From the NCBI GenBank assembly GCA_963809475.1, contig CAWEJS010000002.1:344116-408115 (forward strand): DNA of 64,000 nt. The letters are read 5' to 3'. The notes under the pieces were generated by a model. The model ran no database searches and was not told the DNA's origin. It was given only the letters and a program-made list of their open reading frames with translations. The position numbers were made by a program, and so were the translations under genes. Of this stretch, positions 9,981 to 19,472 are shown piece by piece; the stretch's first letter is position 1; the number at the start of each line of letters is the position of its first letter. Source of the stretch: an uncultured Acidobacteriota bacterium. GTDB lineage: Bacteria > Acidobacteriota > Vicinamibacteria > Vicinamibacterales > JAKQTR01.

Positions 9981-12262
9981 CCCGCGCCCCAAACCCGGTT
10001 CGGCCTCGGGCCCATGCGCAATTCCAGGACCGCGCCGCGCGCGACGTCGGCGTGCTCGATCCACGGGCGGTCATGCGGCCGGCCGTCGAGCGTCGCCGAC
10101 TGGATGTAGAGGTTCACGGCGGAGGCGCCCGGCGCACGCACCGTGAAGCGACGGCCGCCGCCGATGTCCACCGTCGCCTCCTCGAACAACGGGCTGCCGA
10201 TCTCGTAGCGGGGCACGCCCGGGCATAGCGGGTAGAGGCCGAGGGCCGAGAACACGTACCAAGCCGACATCTGGCCCGTGTCGTCGTTGCCCTTGAGGCC
10301 GGCCGGGCCGAGGCCGTACTCGCTGGCGAGGATCCGCCGCACCTCCTCTTGCGTTCGCCAGGGCGCTCCCGCGTGGTCGTAGAGGTAGGCGATGTGGTGG
10401 GACGGCTCGTTGCCGTGCCAGTAGCGGCCCTCGGCGAAGAGGCGGTCGAGGCGAGCGACGAATGCCTCGCGCCCGCCCATCGCTTCCATGAGACCGGGGA
10501 CATCGTGGGGGACGAAGAAGCTGTACTGCCACGGCGTGCCCTCGGTGATCCAGGGCTGCTCGGCCGCGGGGTCGAAACCCTCCACCCAGCGGCCATCGGC
10601 GTACCGCCCGCGAACGAAGCCGGTTGCGCGGTCGAAGACAAGGCGCCAGTTCCCGGCGCGCGCAGTGAAGACCGCGGCAACGTCCTCCCGCCCGAGCGCG
10701 CGGGCGAGGGCGGCGATCGCGAAGTCGTCGTAGGCGTACTCGAGCGTCCGCGAGACCTGCTCCCTCTTGTGGAACGCCTCCTGCACCTCCTCCTCGAGGG
10801 GCACGTAGCCCAGGGAGAGATAGGCCGGAAGCGCCCGCCTGCCCTTCCCGTCCACGTACTCTTCGCGTGGGGGCGTCACCGTGGCGTTCTTCACGAGGGC
10901 GGCGAGCGCCGCCTCGCCGTCGAAGCCCCGCACGCCCTTCACCCACGCGTCGGCGATCACCGAAGCGCCGTGGTCGCCGATCATCGCGCTCGTGTAGCTG
11001 CCCCAGCCGGGGAAGTTCGGGACGAACCCGCCCTCGTCTGCCTTCGCGAGAAGCGACCGGACAAGGTGCGACACGCGTTCCGGCTGCACGAGCACGAGCA
11101 GCGGGTGCTGGGCGCGGAACGTATCCCAGAGCGAGAAGTCGTCGTAGTAGTCGAAGCCGTGCGCACGCCCGGTGCCCCCGCCTCCGAATCGGGGATGGGC
11201 GCCGTCGACATCGCCCGCGAGGCGGGGCAGCAGCAGCGCGTGGTAGAGCGCGGTGTAGAAGATCTGGCGCTGCTCGTCTGTCCCACGCACGCGGATCCGC
11301 CCGAGCGCCGCCTCCCAGGCCGCTTCGGCGCGTCGGCGGACCTGGTCGAAGCGGGCCGTGCCGATCTCGGCGTCGAGGTTGCGGAGCGCTCCCTCGGCGG
11401 AGGTGAATGACGTGCCGACCCGGATGATCAGGGTCTGGCCGGCCCGGGCGTGGAATCGTGCGTACCCCCCGAATGCCCGCCCTCCGCCCTCGGCGCTGTC
11501 CGTTCCGGGCCGGACGCCCGTTCCGCTCCAGGTGCCGGCCGCCTCGAACGGCGCCTCGATCCTCGCCACCACGTGCCCGGAGAAGCCGGCGGGCTTCCCG
11601 TTTCCCGCGTAGATCCGCTGGACCGGGTTCTCGACCGCAATCGTCCGCGCGGCCGCATCGACGCGCACGCCGCCGCCGGGGATGGCGCCCTGCGTCTTGC
11701 GATTCGCGCCCACGAAGACGCGTGCCTCGCCCGCGCGGAGGAGCGTGACGCGCAGGAGTCCGGCCCGGGCCGTCCCCGTCACTTCCATGCGGACGCCGTG
11801 GTCAGGGAGCGTCACGGCGTAGTAGGCCGGGCTCATGGTCTCCTCGGCGCGGGAGAACGACGAGCCTCGGGCCAGCTCTTCGAGCCCTTCGCCTCGGTCG
11901 CCGCCCTCTCCCACCAGCACCGAGATGGTCGCGCTGCCGTAGTCGTGCGTGCACGACCCGCTCCACCAGTGGGACGCGCGAATGCCCTGAAGGCGCTCGT
12001 CCTGCGCGTAGAACGGAGCCACGCACTTGTCCTCGCTCGCCTGGGTCTGCGGCGTCCAGTGCGTCATGCCGAACGGCACCCCGACGGCCGGGAAGGTCTG
12101 CCCGCTGTTGACCGCGCCGATGCGCTGGTCCTTCCGGGCGGTGCCGACGATCGGGCGGACGAGGTCGACGAACCGCTCCGGCGCGGCCCCTTCAGCGAGC
12201 GCCGAGACGAAGGCGGCAGTGGCGATCGCGACGGACGCGGCAGGCCTGAACATGGATCGCAT
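9896..12262 (-). CDS. GH92 alpha-mannosidase, secreted
   Basis: Motifs VRPIVGT...GQTFPAVGVPFGMTHWTPQT and GNEPSHHIAYLYDHAGAPWRTQEEVRRI...GNDDTGQMSAWYVFSALGLYPLCPG are classic GH92. The start is trimmed to ATG 12262 (MRSMFRPAASVAIATAAF...), preceded by GGAGCAGA. The upstream 111 codons of the track ORF are Arg-rich extension. Confidence 0.9.
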   Translation of the reverse strand: MRSMFRPAASVAIATAAFVSALAEGAAPERFVDLVRPIVGTARKDQRIGAVNSGQTFPAVGVPFGMTHWTPQTQASEDKCVAPFYAQDERLQGIRASHWWSGSCTHDYGSATISVLVGEGGDRGEGLEELARGSSFSRAEETMSPAYYAVTLPDHGVRMEVTGTARAGLLRVTLLRAGEARVFVGANRKTQGAIPGGGVRVDAAARTIAVENPVQRIYAGNGKPAGFSGHVVARIEAPFEAAGTWSGTGVRPGTDSAEGGGRAFGGYARFHARAGQTLIIRVGTSFTSAEGALRNLDAEIGTARFDQVRRRAEAAWEAALGRIRVRGTDEQRQIFYTALYHALLLPRLAGDVDGAHPRFGGGGTGRAHGFDYYDDFSLWDTFRAQHPLLVLVQPERVSHLVRSLLAKADEGGFVPNFPGWGSYTSAMIGDHGASVIADAWVKGVRGFDGEAALAALVKNATVTPPREEYVDGKGRRALPAYLSLGYVPLEEEVQEAFHKREQVSRTLEYAYDDFAIAALARALGREDVAAVFTARAGNWRLVFDRATGFVRGRYADGRWVEGFDPAAEQPWITEGTPWQYSFFVPHDVPGLMEAMGGREAFVARLDRLFAEGRYWHGNEPSHHIAYLYDHAGAPWRTQEEVRRILASEYGLGPAGLKGNDDTGQMSAWYVFSALGLYPLCPGVPRYEIGSPLFEEATVDIGGGRRFTVRAPGASAVNLYIQSATLDGRPHDRPWIEHADVARGAVLELRMGPRPNRVWGAGQQPSTRSSSWSSVSRSATRARSLARKR

Positions 12263-12363
12263 TCTGCTCCAGCACGAGCTGGCGCGGCAACGCCCCGCCG
12301 CAAGGGGGCGGCGACGGCGGCTATCGTCGAGCCCGGTTGCCGGCCCGCTCCGCCACCGAGTCC

Positions 12364-15201
12364 TCATCGGCCCGAGTGATGCCGCAGACCAGACGGTTCG
12401 AGGAGCGAACGAACCTGTTCGAGCGACAGCGCGGCAGCAGGCTCGAACGACGGGCCGGCCGCGTAGTCGACCAGGCTGCGCCTGAGCTGCTTCGCCTCCG
12501 GTCGCATGGCGAGATCGCTGCTGAGATCGATCGACGCCAGCAGCAGCTGCCCGCCGCCTACGCGCGCTTCGAGCACGAGGCCGAGTCGCCGGCACAAATT
12601 CCAGTCGTCAATCGGCTGCACGATGGGCCGCAGCGCTGCCGGCAGGCCGTCCAGCACCATCGGCTTCGAGCGCTGCGCCAGGTCCCACCACTGCCAGTCG
12701 CTGTGATCCGCGGTCGGGAACCCGCGAAGCGCGCCGTGCGAGGCGTCGATCAGCAGGCCCAGCGTGTGTTCGCGCTGGGTCGTGAACGTCACGCGGTTCC
12801 AGAAGATCGGGCGGAAGGCGCCAACCGTGTCGCCCGCGATGCGTCCCGGGCCGGGGAGCAGCAGGACGCGGCCGCCCGATGACAGCTTCTCGGCGACACG
12901 CTCGTCCAGTTCCTCGGCCACGAGCACGTTGGGAGGGTCGGCCGCTTCCTGTTGATCGGGGAACACCCAGACATCCCAGTCGTTGGCGACCGCCGTCCCC
13001 TCGAGGGCGACCTCGAGGTTCAGCTGCGCCGCGTTCGTGATGCGCGAAAGCGGCACCTCGATCTGTCCAAGGGCCGTGAGGCTTCCTGTTGGCACGACGC
13101 GAGGATCGAGGCGGCCTTCGGCGATCAGGCGTCCGTCGCCTTCGCGAAGGGTCCACAGCAACCGCGCCGCAGGAAGGTCGCGGGGCCCGAAGTGCGCGAC
13201 CTCCAGCGCCGCGCGGAGCGTATCGCCGCTCGTATAGGCTCGCCGCGCCAGCCGCGCGAGCAGCACCGTGTCGGCGCAGAACCGCCGGTACCGCTCGGGG
13301 CTGACGTAGCCCTTCCCTTCCCACCACGCATCGAGGATGCCAACCGGCGCCGTGCCCTGCCCCGGGAAGTCTTGCAGGCCGAGCAACTGGAACCCGCCCA
13401 TGCCCGGCGTGCGCAGCGCTTCCTCGATTTCGGCCTTGTAGAAAGCGGTCTGGAAGCGGCCAGAGGCCCGGAGGAAGTCACTCGCCTGCGGGCCCATCCC
13501 GCTCTTCTCCAGGAAGTCGCGGAAGATCTCCAGGTTGCCTGCCTTCAGCGTGCCGGTGTACTTCGGAATCTCGTCGAAGTTCGGATATGCCGTCCACTGC
13601 CCTATCTCGTGACTGATGACCGGCACCGAGTGTCGTGTGACGAACTCGCGGTAGTCGCTCTCCGTCTGCGGCGCGGCCAGGAACTCCTTCGTCCCCTGGA
13701 TGCGCGGCTCGATCGCGACGTGGAACTGGTTCTCGGGCTGAATCGGCCAGCCCGAACCGGCGGTGTAGCGGCGGCGCGTGTCGAGGCCCGCCCAATGCCG
13801 TATCCAGTCGCCGAGGAAGCGGCTGGGGCCCCGGCCCCCCGGTTCGTTCGCGGGAGCCAGCAAGACGAACGAGGGGTGGTTGCCGAAGGCGCGGATCATG
13901 CGCGCGGTCTCCTCGTACAGCCACGAGTCGAGCGGCGAGCCGTTGCCGAACGGCGCCCAGGCCGAGGCTTCGACCTGGTAGTAGAAGCCCATCTCGTCGG
14001 CCGCCGCGAATGCCGCCTCCGGCGGTGTCCACGAGTGGAACCTGAGGTGGTTGAGCCCGTGGGCGCGGGCCGCCTGCAGGATCTTCTTCCATGAGGCGGT
14101 GTCCGTCGGGGGATACCCCGTGCGCGGGAACACGGCGCACTCGAGCGTGCCGCGCAGAAAGATGCGCCGGCCGTTGATCGTGAACTGAGTTCCTGACACG
14201 CCCAGCTCGCGCATGCCGAAGCGGACGCTGCGCGGGGCGCCGAGGCCTTCGAACCGCAGCTGGTAGAGGCCAGGCGAGAACTCGTCCCAGAGCCTGGCCC
14301 CGGCGCCCATGGCGTACTCGAACTCGAGCCGGCCGCCTTCCTTCGCCCACTCCGCAGGGACTCGACTCTCGGGCAAGCGTTCCGGCGTCGGCCCGGCGCT
14401 CTCGGCCCAGACGCGCAAGGCCGTCTGACCGGCAGTTCCGGTGCGGTTGCCTATCGCCGCGACCACCCGGACCAGCCGGCGCGCGACATCCGGGTAGACC
14501 TGGATGTCATCGAGCCACACGCCGCCCGTCGCCTGCAGCTCGATCCTTCCCACGATGCCGTTCCACGCGCTCTGGGTCTGATCCGAAACGCTGTGAGCAT
14601 CACGGCCGACCGGGACGATCATCCGGTTGTCCACGCGGATCGTGAGTCGATGAAGCCCCGGCGCCAGGGCCTCCGTAAGGTCGTACTCGTGCGGCGTGCC
14701 GAGGCCGTTCGCGGTTCCGACCGCGTGCTCGTCGACCCACACCCGTGTCTCCCAGTGCGCGCGCTCGAGATACAGCGCCACGCGACGGCCGGCCCACGCC
14801 GCCGGGATCAAGACGTCCCGCTGGTACCATGCCGCGCCGACGTAGTGGCGTTCGGGCGTGAGCCAGAACGGTGTCCGGAACAGGCCCGGCTCCCGGTATG
14901 GGGCGTACCGTGGGTCTTTCAGCAGATCCAGCCCGATCCGGGCGACCCATGCCGACCTTTCGGAAGGACGATCGCCGAAGCCCTGTGCCTGAAGCGACCC
15001 CGGCAGAACGAGCGCGTCCTTCAGCTCGCGTGCGAACCAGCGCTCGTGCAGGCCCGCGTCGGCCCGGTCCAGTTCGAATCGCCAGCGTCCTGCCAGGTCG
15101 AGGACGTCATCGGCCGCTTGCGCGGAGCCGGCCGCCACGACGAGCAAGGTCAAGGCGGCAAACAGGTGACGGCATGCAGGCATGCATGCAGTCAACACCA
15201 T
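12364..15201 (-). CDS. GH2-family glycoside hydrolase (beta-galactosidase/mannosidase-like), secreted
   Basis: Signal-like N-terminus MVLTACMPACRHLFAALTLLVVAAGSAQA. Sugar-binding-domain pattern (WYQRDVLIPAAWAGRRVALYLERAHWETRVWVDEHAVG...HEYDLTEAL). TIM-barrel segment with LRFHSW and LLAPANEPGG. The start is uncertain (15201 or 15183). Confidence 0.8.
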   Translation of the reverse strand: MVLTACMPACRHLFAALTLLVVAAGSAQAADDVLDLAGRWRFELDRADAGLHERWFARELKDALVLPGSLQAQGFGDRPSERSAWVARIGLDLLKDPRYAPYREPGLFRTPFWLTPERHYVGAAWYQRDVLIPAAWAGRRVALYLERAHWETRVWVDEHAVGTANGLGTPHEYDLTEALAPGLHRLTIRVDNRMIVPVGRDAHSVSDQTQSAWNGIVGRIELQATGGVWLDDIQVYPDVARRLVRVVAAIGNRTGTAGQTALRVWAESAGPTPERLPESRVPAEWAKEGGRLEFEYAMGAGARLWDEFSPGLYQLRFEGLGAPRSVRFGMRELGVSGTQFTINGRRIFLRGTLECAVFPRTGYPPTDTASWKKILQAARAHGLNHLRFHSWTPPEAAFAAADEMGFYYQVEASAWAPFGNGSPLDSWLYEETARMIRAFGNHPSFVLLAPANEPGGRGPSRFLGDWIRHWAGLDTRRRYTAGSGWPIQPENQFHVAIEPRIQGTKEFLAAPQTESDYREFVTRHSVPVISHEIGQWTAYPNFDEIPKYTGTLKAGNLEIFRDFLEKSGMGPQASDFLRASGRFQTAFYKAEIEEALRTPGMGGFQLLGLQDFPGQGTAPVGILDAWWEGKGYVSPERYRRFCADTVLLARLARRAYTSGDTLRAALEVAHFGPRDLPAARLLWTLREGDGRLIAEGRLDPRVVPTGSLTALGQIEVPLSRITNAAQLNLEVALEGTAVANDWDVWVFPDQQEAADPPNVLVAEELDERVAEKLSSGGRVLLLPGPGRIAGDTVGAFRPIFWNRVTFTTQREHTLGLLIDASHGALRGFPTADHSDWQWWDLAQRSKPMVLDGLPAALRPIVQPIDDWNLCRRLGLVLEARVGGGQLLLASIDLSSDLAMRPEAKQLRRSLVDYAAGPSFEPAAALSLEQVRSLLEPSGLRHHSGR

Positions 15202-15300
15202 GTCCGCACGCGGATCAAGCGTCCCGGGGCGCGCCCTCACGGGTCCAAGGCGTTCCACCCGCCTCTCAAGGTCGTCTCGGACCCGGCCGCGCGCGCACGA

Positions 15301-16587
15301 TCAGAACGGCCACACCGGCGGCACGTAGCCAACGGCGAAGCCATCAGCAGCCGGGAAGGAGGCGGCGCCCGGCCGGTCTCCCGTGTTCAGCCAGTGCTCC
15401 ATGGCCGCCAGTGTGTCGAGCAGTTGGGTGGTCGAAAACGAGCAGTGGCCGGGCGCCGACGTGAACACCTGCACGAGGCTGTCTTCTGCTCGCGCCTGCT
15501 CGACGTCCGCCAGGAACGCGCTCTCGTTCTCCGTCCGAGCCAGACCGTCGAAGGCCGAGTGCATGGTGAGCAGGGGCCGCCTGAGGCGGCCGTCCACGCT
15601 CCACCTCTCCATCCGCACGCGCGCGGAGTGATCGGCGTCGATGTCGGTCCGCGCGTTCATCTCGGCCAACAGGCTGTCCGCGTTCACGCCCAGTCCCGCG
15701 AGGTAGGCCTTTTCGCCGGCGGTCAGGGCATAGACGTGATCGAGGTTCTGTGCCACCCGCCCGCGGTACTCGGTCTCCAGCCGCGCTCTGACCTCCGTCG
15801 CCCGCCACATCTGCATCCCGAAGAAAGTGGCGCCAAACTGCGGGTCGACTCCCCAGAAGGCCTGTGTCGGCTGCTTCGTCACCAGGCGGATGAACTCCCA
15901 CTTCGGCCTTCGGTTCGGGAACTGGGGCAGCGGCCACTGGACGTCGGGCATCACTTCATTGAAGACGAGGTCGTCGCGGAGATCGTCGACGGGACCCCAG
16001 AGGTCGGATCGCCATCCGAAGGTCACGTCATACGCGAGAGCGAACGCCAACGAGGCGTCGACGTTTCTTGCCTGACCGGCCAGCGGCCCGGCGCATGCGA
16101 TCGCCCCGTCATAGATGCCCTTGTACTTCTCGAGCAGCATCGTGGCGACGACGCCTCCAAGCGAACAGCCCCACGTCACCACGCGCGACGGCCGGCCGAC
16201 GGCGCCGTTGAAGAACGCCGTGAGCGCGTGGCTCGCCTTCGTGCCGGCCTCCTGCGAGTTCTCGTACTCGGCGCCAGCCAGCGCGTAACCACGTGCGAGC
16301 AACTGGTCTTCGAACGGGGTCGCGGGAAGCGGGTACGGTTGTGGCGCGACCTCCGGTTCAGCCGGGCCGGCGCCTCCGCTCAGGCGCGTGCCGTGCGCGT
16401 AGACGAGGAGCGTGCCGTTCCAGCCATCCGGCACGCGGATGCGGTAGTCCACGCCGTTCAGCGTCCCGGCCAGGTCCGCCGGGAGGGCGATGTGCACCTT
16501 GCCCCCCTGCCCGGCGGCAGAGGGTGCCAGGATCACCGTGACGACGCACGCAATGAGGATGGCGATGGAGAATCGGCCGGGTTTCAC
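15301..16587 (-). CDS. Secreted alpha/beta-hydrolase fold esterase/lipase-like protein, specific family unknown
   Basis: GTG start at 16587 with AGGAGG 6 nt upstream. Hydrophobic N-terminus VKPGRFSIAILIACVVTVILAPSAAG. Nucleophile elbow WGCSLGG. The ORF ends ...YVPPVWPF. Confidence 0.7.
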   Translation of the reverse strand: MKPGRFSIAILIACVVTVILAPSAAGQGGKVHIALPADLAGTLNGVDYRIRVPDGWNGTLLVYAHGTRLSGGAGPAEPEVAPQPYPLPATPFEDQLLARGYALAGAEYENSQEAGTKASHALTAFFNGAVGRPSRVVTWGCSLGGVVATMLLEKYKGIYDGAIACAGPLAGQARNVDASLAFALAYDVTFGWRSDLWGPVDDLRDDLVFNEVMPDVQWPLPQFPNRRPKWEFIRLVTKQPTQAFWGVDPQFGATFFGMQMWRATEVRARLETEYRGRVAQNLDHVYALTAGEKAYLAGLGVNADSLLAEMNARTDIDADHSARVRMERWSVDGRLRRPLLTMHSAFDGLARTENESAFLADVEQARAEDSLVQVFTSAPGHCSFSTTQLLDTLAAMEHWLNTGDRPGAASFPAADGFAVGYVPPVWPF

Positions 16588-16612
16588 AGGAGCCTCCTTT
16601 CGTGGCTGCGGG

Positions 16613-16654
16613 AAGGCAGACTGCCTTGCCCGCCGCCGTGAATCATGCAATCAT
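16613..16654. promoter_or_regulatory. Candidate operator elements in the divergent hydrolase/regulator intergenic region
   Basis: 15-nt palindrome AAGGCAG-A-CTGCCTT at 16613-16627. Direct repeat AATCAT-gc-AATCAT at 16641-16654, 37 nt upstream of the regulator ATG (16691). Confidence 0.25.
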
Positions 16655-16690
16655 CCGCTCGGCTCTGCATCACGGTTGGGTCAAGAGTCC

Positions 16691-18493
16691 ATGAAGAGTG
16701 GCCGGATACCGGAGAACGGGGCTGCCACGGAACCCGCCGTGCGGTACCGGGTGGGCGATCTGGTCATCGATGCCCGTTCCGGTGCCGTCACCCGTAGCGG
16801 CGTCCCGATTCCGCTTCCCCCGCTCACGTTCAACCTCCTGCTCGCCCTCGTCCGCCGCGCGCCGGCGGTCGTCCGCCGCGAGGAACTGCTCGACGCGGTC
16901 TGGCCGGGCGAGTACGTCAGCGACGCGGCGCTGTCACAGCGTGTGCTGCTGCTGCGGCAGGCGCTCGGCGAACCGCCCGGACAGCCGTCTTACGTAGAAT
17001 CCAGCCGGGGCTGGGGCTACCGCATCGTCGCCGTCGTGGAGAGACTGAATCCTGTCGAGGAACCGATCAGGTCGATCGCCGTCCTGCCGCTCGTCAACCT
17101 GTCGGGACGCCCCGAGGAGGACTACTTCTCGGAGGGCATCACCGAGGCGCTCATCACCACCCTGTCACAGGTGCGCGCGCTGAGGGTGACGTCGCGGACT
17201 TCGGCGATGTGTTACCGGCACAGCGACAAACGGCTGCCGGAGATCGCCCGCGAGCTCGGCGTGCAGGGCATCGTCGAGGGCGGTGTGCTTCGGGACCGCG
17301 GCCGCGTCTGGGTGAGCACCCAGCTGATTCACGCGGAGACTGACCGGCACCTCTGGGCCGACAGGTTCGAGGGCGGCGCCTCGGACCTCTTCTCGCTGCT
17401 GAACCAGGCGGCTGAGCGCGTCGCGGACGCGGTGTGCGTGGTCCTCACGCCGGAGGAGCGGCGCCGGTTCGCGCGACGGCCGGCCGTGGCCCCGGAGGCG
17501 CAGGAGGCCAACCTGCGCGGGCGGTATCACGCGGAGCGATGGACGCCGGCGGATTTCGATCGCGCGGCGACGTGGTACGAAGAGGCGGCGCGCCTCGATC
17601 CGGCGTTTGCCGAACCCTGGGAGGGCCTCGCATACGTCAGCGCCCTGCGCGCCTCGACATTCGGCGGCGATCTATCGGCCGAACAGCAGCGGGCCCTGAC
17701 CACGCGCGGCAAGACCGCCATCGAACGGTCGCTCGGACTCGATCCCGCCGCGGCCAGCGCATGCGCCACGCAGGCTCTCGTGGCGGTGCTGCACGATTGG
17801 AACTGGGCCGCGGCAGAGGAGGCGCTCGACCACGCCCTCGCCCTCGACCCCAGTTGCTCGCTCGCGCACTTCGATCGGGCGCTGCTCGCCGCGATGACGC
17901 TGGACAAGGAGGTCGCGTACCGCGAAGCGAGCGTGGGCATCGGCCTGGATCCCATGAACCTGATGCTGCGGGCGGAGCATGCCGAGTACGCGTACTGGCT
18001 GCGTGACTACGATCGGGCCACCGCCCTCGCGCGCCAGGCCCTCGAGTTCGATCCGGCGTTTCCGCGCGCGCACTTCCTCATCGGCCGCGTCCACGAACAC
18101 CGGGAGGAGATCCAGGCCGCCATCGCGTGCTACGAGAAGGCAGGCATGCTCGACGATGATGCAGCGGCCGAGGCTCGCGCGGCGCTGGCGGAGGGCGGCG
18201 TGGCGGGCTTTCACCGCTGGTCGCTCCGCGCGGGCCTGGGCGGACAGGCCGGGCGGCCGCTTGGCTCCGGCGAGCAGGCGCCGCTGCGCGCGTGGTTCCG
18301 CGCGCGGTTGCACGCGCGGCTGGGCCGCCTGGACGAGGCGATGACGTTCCTCGAGCAGGCGTTCGCCGAACACGAGTGCCTGCTGACGCTGCTGAGGGCC
18401 CACGAGTTCTGGGAGCCGCTGCACGGCGACCCTCGCTTCACGGACCTCGTGCGCCGCGTCGACATTCCCGACCGTCGGTCCCCTCGTTCCTGA
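16691..18493 (+). CDS. Winged-helix (OmpR/PhoB Trans_reg_C-type) DNA-binding regulator fused to a TolB-N-like domain and TPR repeats; no TM segment
   Basis: YRVGDLVIDARSGAVTRSGVPIPLPPLTFNLLLALVRRAPAVVRREELLDAVWPG...GWGYRIV (wHTH). Then SIAVLPLVNLSG...EDYFSEGITEALITTLSQ...LIHAETDRHLWADRF, followed by TPR-like helical repeats. Start trimmed to ATG 16691. Confidence 0.8.
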   Translation: MKSGRIPENGAATEPAVRYRVGDLVIDARSGAVTRSGVPIPLPPLTFNLLLALVRRAPAVVRREELLDAVWPGEYVSDAALSQRVLLLRQALGEPPGQPSYVESSRGWGYRIVAVVERLNPVEEPIRSIAVLPLVNLSGRPEEDYFSEGITEALITTLSQVRALRVTSRTSAMCYRHSDKRLPEIARELGVQGIVEGGVLRDRGRVWVSTQLIHAETDRHLWADRFEGGASDLFSLLNQAAERVADAVCVVLTPEERRRFARRPAVAPEAQEANLRGRYHAERWTPADFDRAATWYEEAARLDPAFAEPWEGLAYVSALRASTFGGDLSAEQQRALTTRGKTAIERSLGLDPAAASACATQALVAVLHDWNWAAAEEALDHALALDPSCSLAHFDRALLAAMTLDKEVAYREASVGIGLDPMNLMLRAEHAEYAYWLRDYDRATALARQALEFDPAFPRAHFLIGRVHEHREEIQAAIACYEKAGMLDDDAAAEARAALAEGGVAGFHRWSLRAGLGGQAGRPLGSGEQAPLRAWFRARLHARLGRLDEAMTFLEQAFAEHECLLTLLRAHEFWEPLHGDPRFTDLVRRVDIPDRRSPRS

Positions 18494-18659
18494 GTCCACC
18501 CCCGCCCTCGCCAGACCTCACGTCCGGGTGCGGCCCTTCCCCCTGCAAGCCGCGGCAACCTCTCCGGGCAATGGGAGGGGAACGGGAGGGTTTCCGGAAG
18601 GACTTCCCTGCCGTGCAGCCCGCATAGTCAGCCCATCCCGCCCGGACAAGGAGGCTGCC

Positions 18660-19379
18660 GTGACTGCCAACCGCACTTCGCTCGTCGCCTGTGTCGCGAG
18701 GCTTGCCGTCCTCGGTGCCGTCGTCTCTGGGGCCAGCACCTGTGGCGGTTCGTCCTCGTCCCCGTCATCGCCGTCGACGCCGACTCAGCCCGCGGTCACG
18801 GTCCAGTACGTGTCGGTCACGGGCACCTTCCTGCTCGGCGCCGTGGGCGGGACAACGCAGGTGCGCGCGATCGCGTATACGACGTCCGGATCGCAGGATG
18901 TGACCAGCCAGGCGACGTGGGCCTCCTCCAACGACTCGATCGCGACCGTCTCGTCGAGTGGGTTGGTGTCGGCCAAAGGCACGGGCCTGGCCGTGATCAC
19001 GGCGAGCTACCAGGGCGTCTGGGGCGTTGCCGGGATCAGCGTCGCGACGGCGGTGAACGTCACCGGGACGTGGACAGGCAGCAGCGTGAACCCTACCTCC
19101 GACATCACGATGCAGCTGACGCAGGCGGGCGACTCGGTGTCCGGCACGAGCTCGGTTCTCGGGGGCGGCGCGACGTACATCGGCACGTTCGGAGGGACGG
19201 TGAACGGCGGGACGGTGATCCTGGGCGGGAGCGTCTCCTCCTCTTCGGGGAGCCTGTTCTCCAGTTGGACCGACGAGCGGTGCGCGCTCGAGAACGCGCA
19301 CTCCCTGAAGTGCGTGAATCCCTCGACCCTCGCCGGCGGCAGCTTCACGCGGATGGAGATCACGTTCGCCCGGCACTGA
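18660..19379 (+). CDS. Probable lipoprotein with a Big_2 (bacterial Ig-like) domain and a Gly/Ser/Thr-rich C-terminal beta domain
   Basis: GTG 18660 is preceded by AAGGAGG. N-terminus VTANRTSLVACVARLAVLGAVVSGASTCGG (near-lipobox). Big_2-like segment VTVQYVSVTG...VRAIAYTTSGSQDVTSQATWASSNDSIATVSSSGLVSAKGTGLAVITASYQG. Two C-terminal Cys residues. Confidence 0.65.
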   Translation: MTANRTSLVACVARLAVLGAVVSGASTCGGSSSSPSSPSTPTQPAVTVQYVSVTGTFLLGAVGGTTQVRAIAYTTSGSQDVTSQATWASSNDSIATVSSSGLVSAKGTGLAVITASYQGVWGVAGISVATAVNVTGTWTGSSVNPTSDITMQLTQAGDSVSGTSSVLGGGATYIGTFGGTVNGGTVILGGSVSSSSGSLFSSWTDERCALENAHSLKCVNPSTLAGGSFTRMEITFARH

Positions 19380-19431
19380 CCGGCCGCAGCCGGCACGCCA
19401 TGCTCATGGATCTGAACAGCGGCCCGCGGGG

Positions 19432-19471
19432 GGATTCAGGATTCGCCGCAGCCGGGGCTATAATCCCCGGC
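19432..19471 (+). promoter_or_regulatory. Candidate promoter of the second wHTH-TPR regulator: direct repeats + perfect TATAAT inside a palindrome
   Basis: GGATTC-a-GGATTC at 19432-19444 covers the -35 position. TATAAT at 19459-19464 is flanked by 7-nt inverted arms GCCGGGG (19451-57) and CCCCGGC (19465-71). The GTG start lies 8 nt after the -10 box with no SD. Confidence 0.4.
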
Positions 19472-19472
19472 C

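Noticed and set aside
12290-12320. Hairpin CGCCCC...GGGGCG downstream of the GH2 stop as a terminator
   Set aside because: It has only a 6-bp stem with an irregular loop and no U-tract on the minus strand. It cannot be distinguished from background GC-rich self-complementarity.
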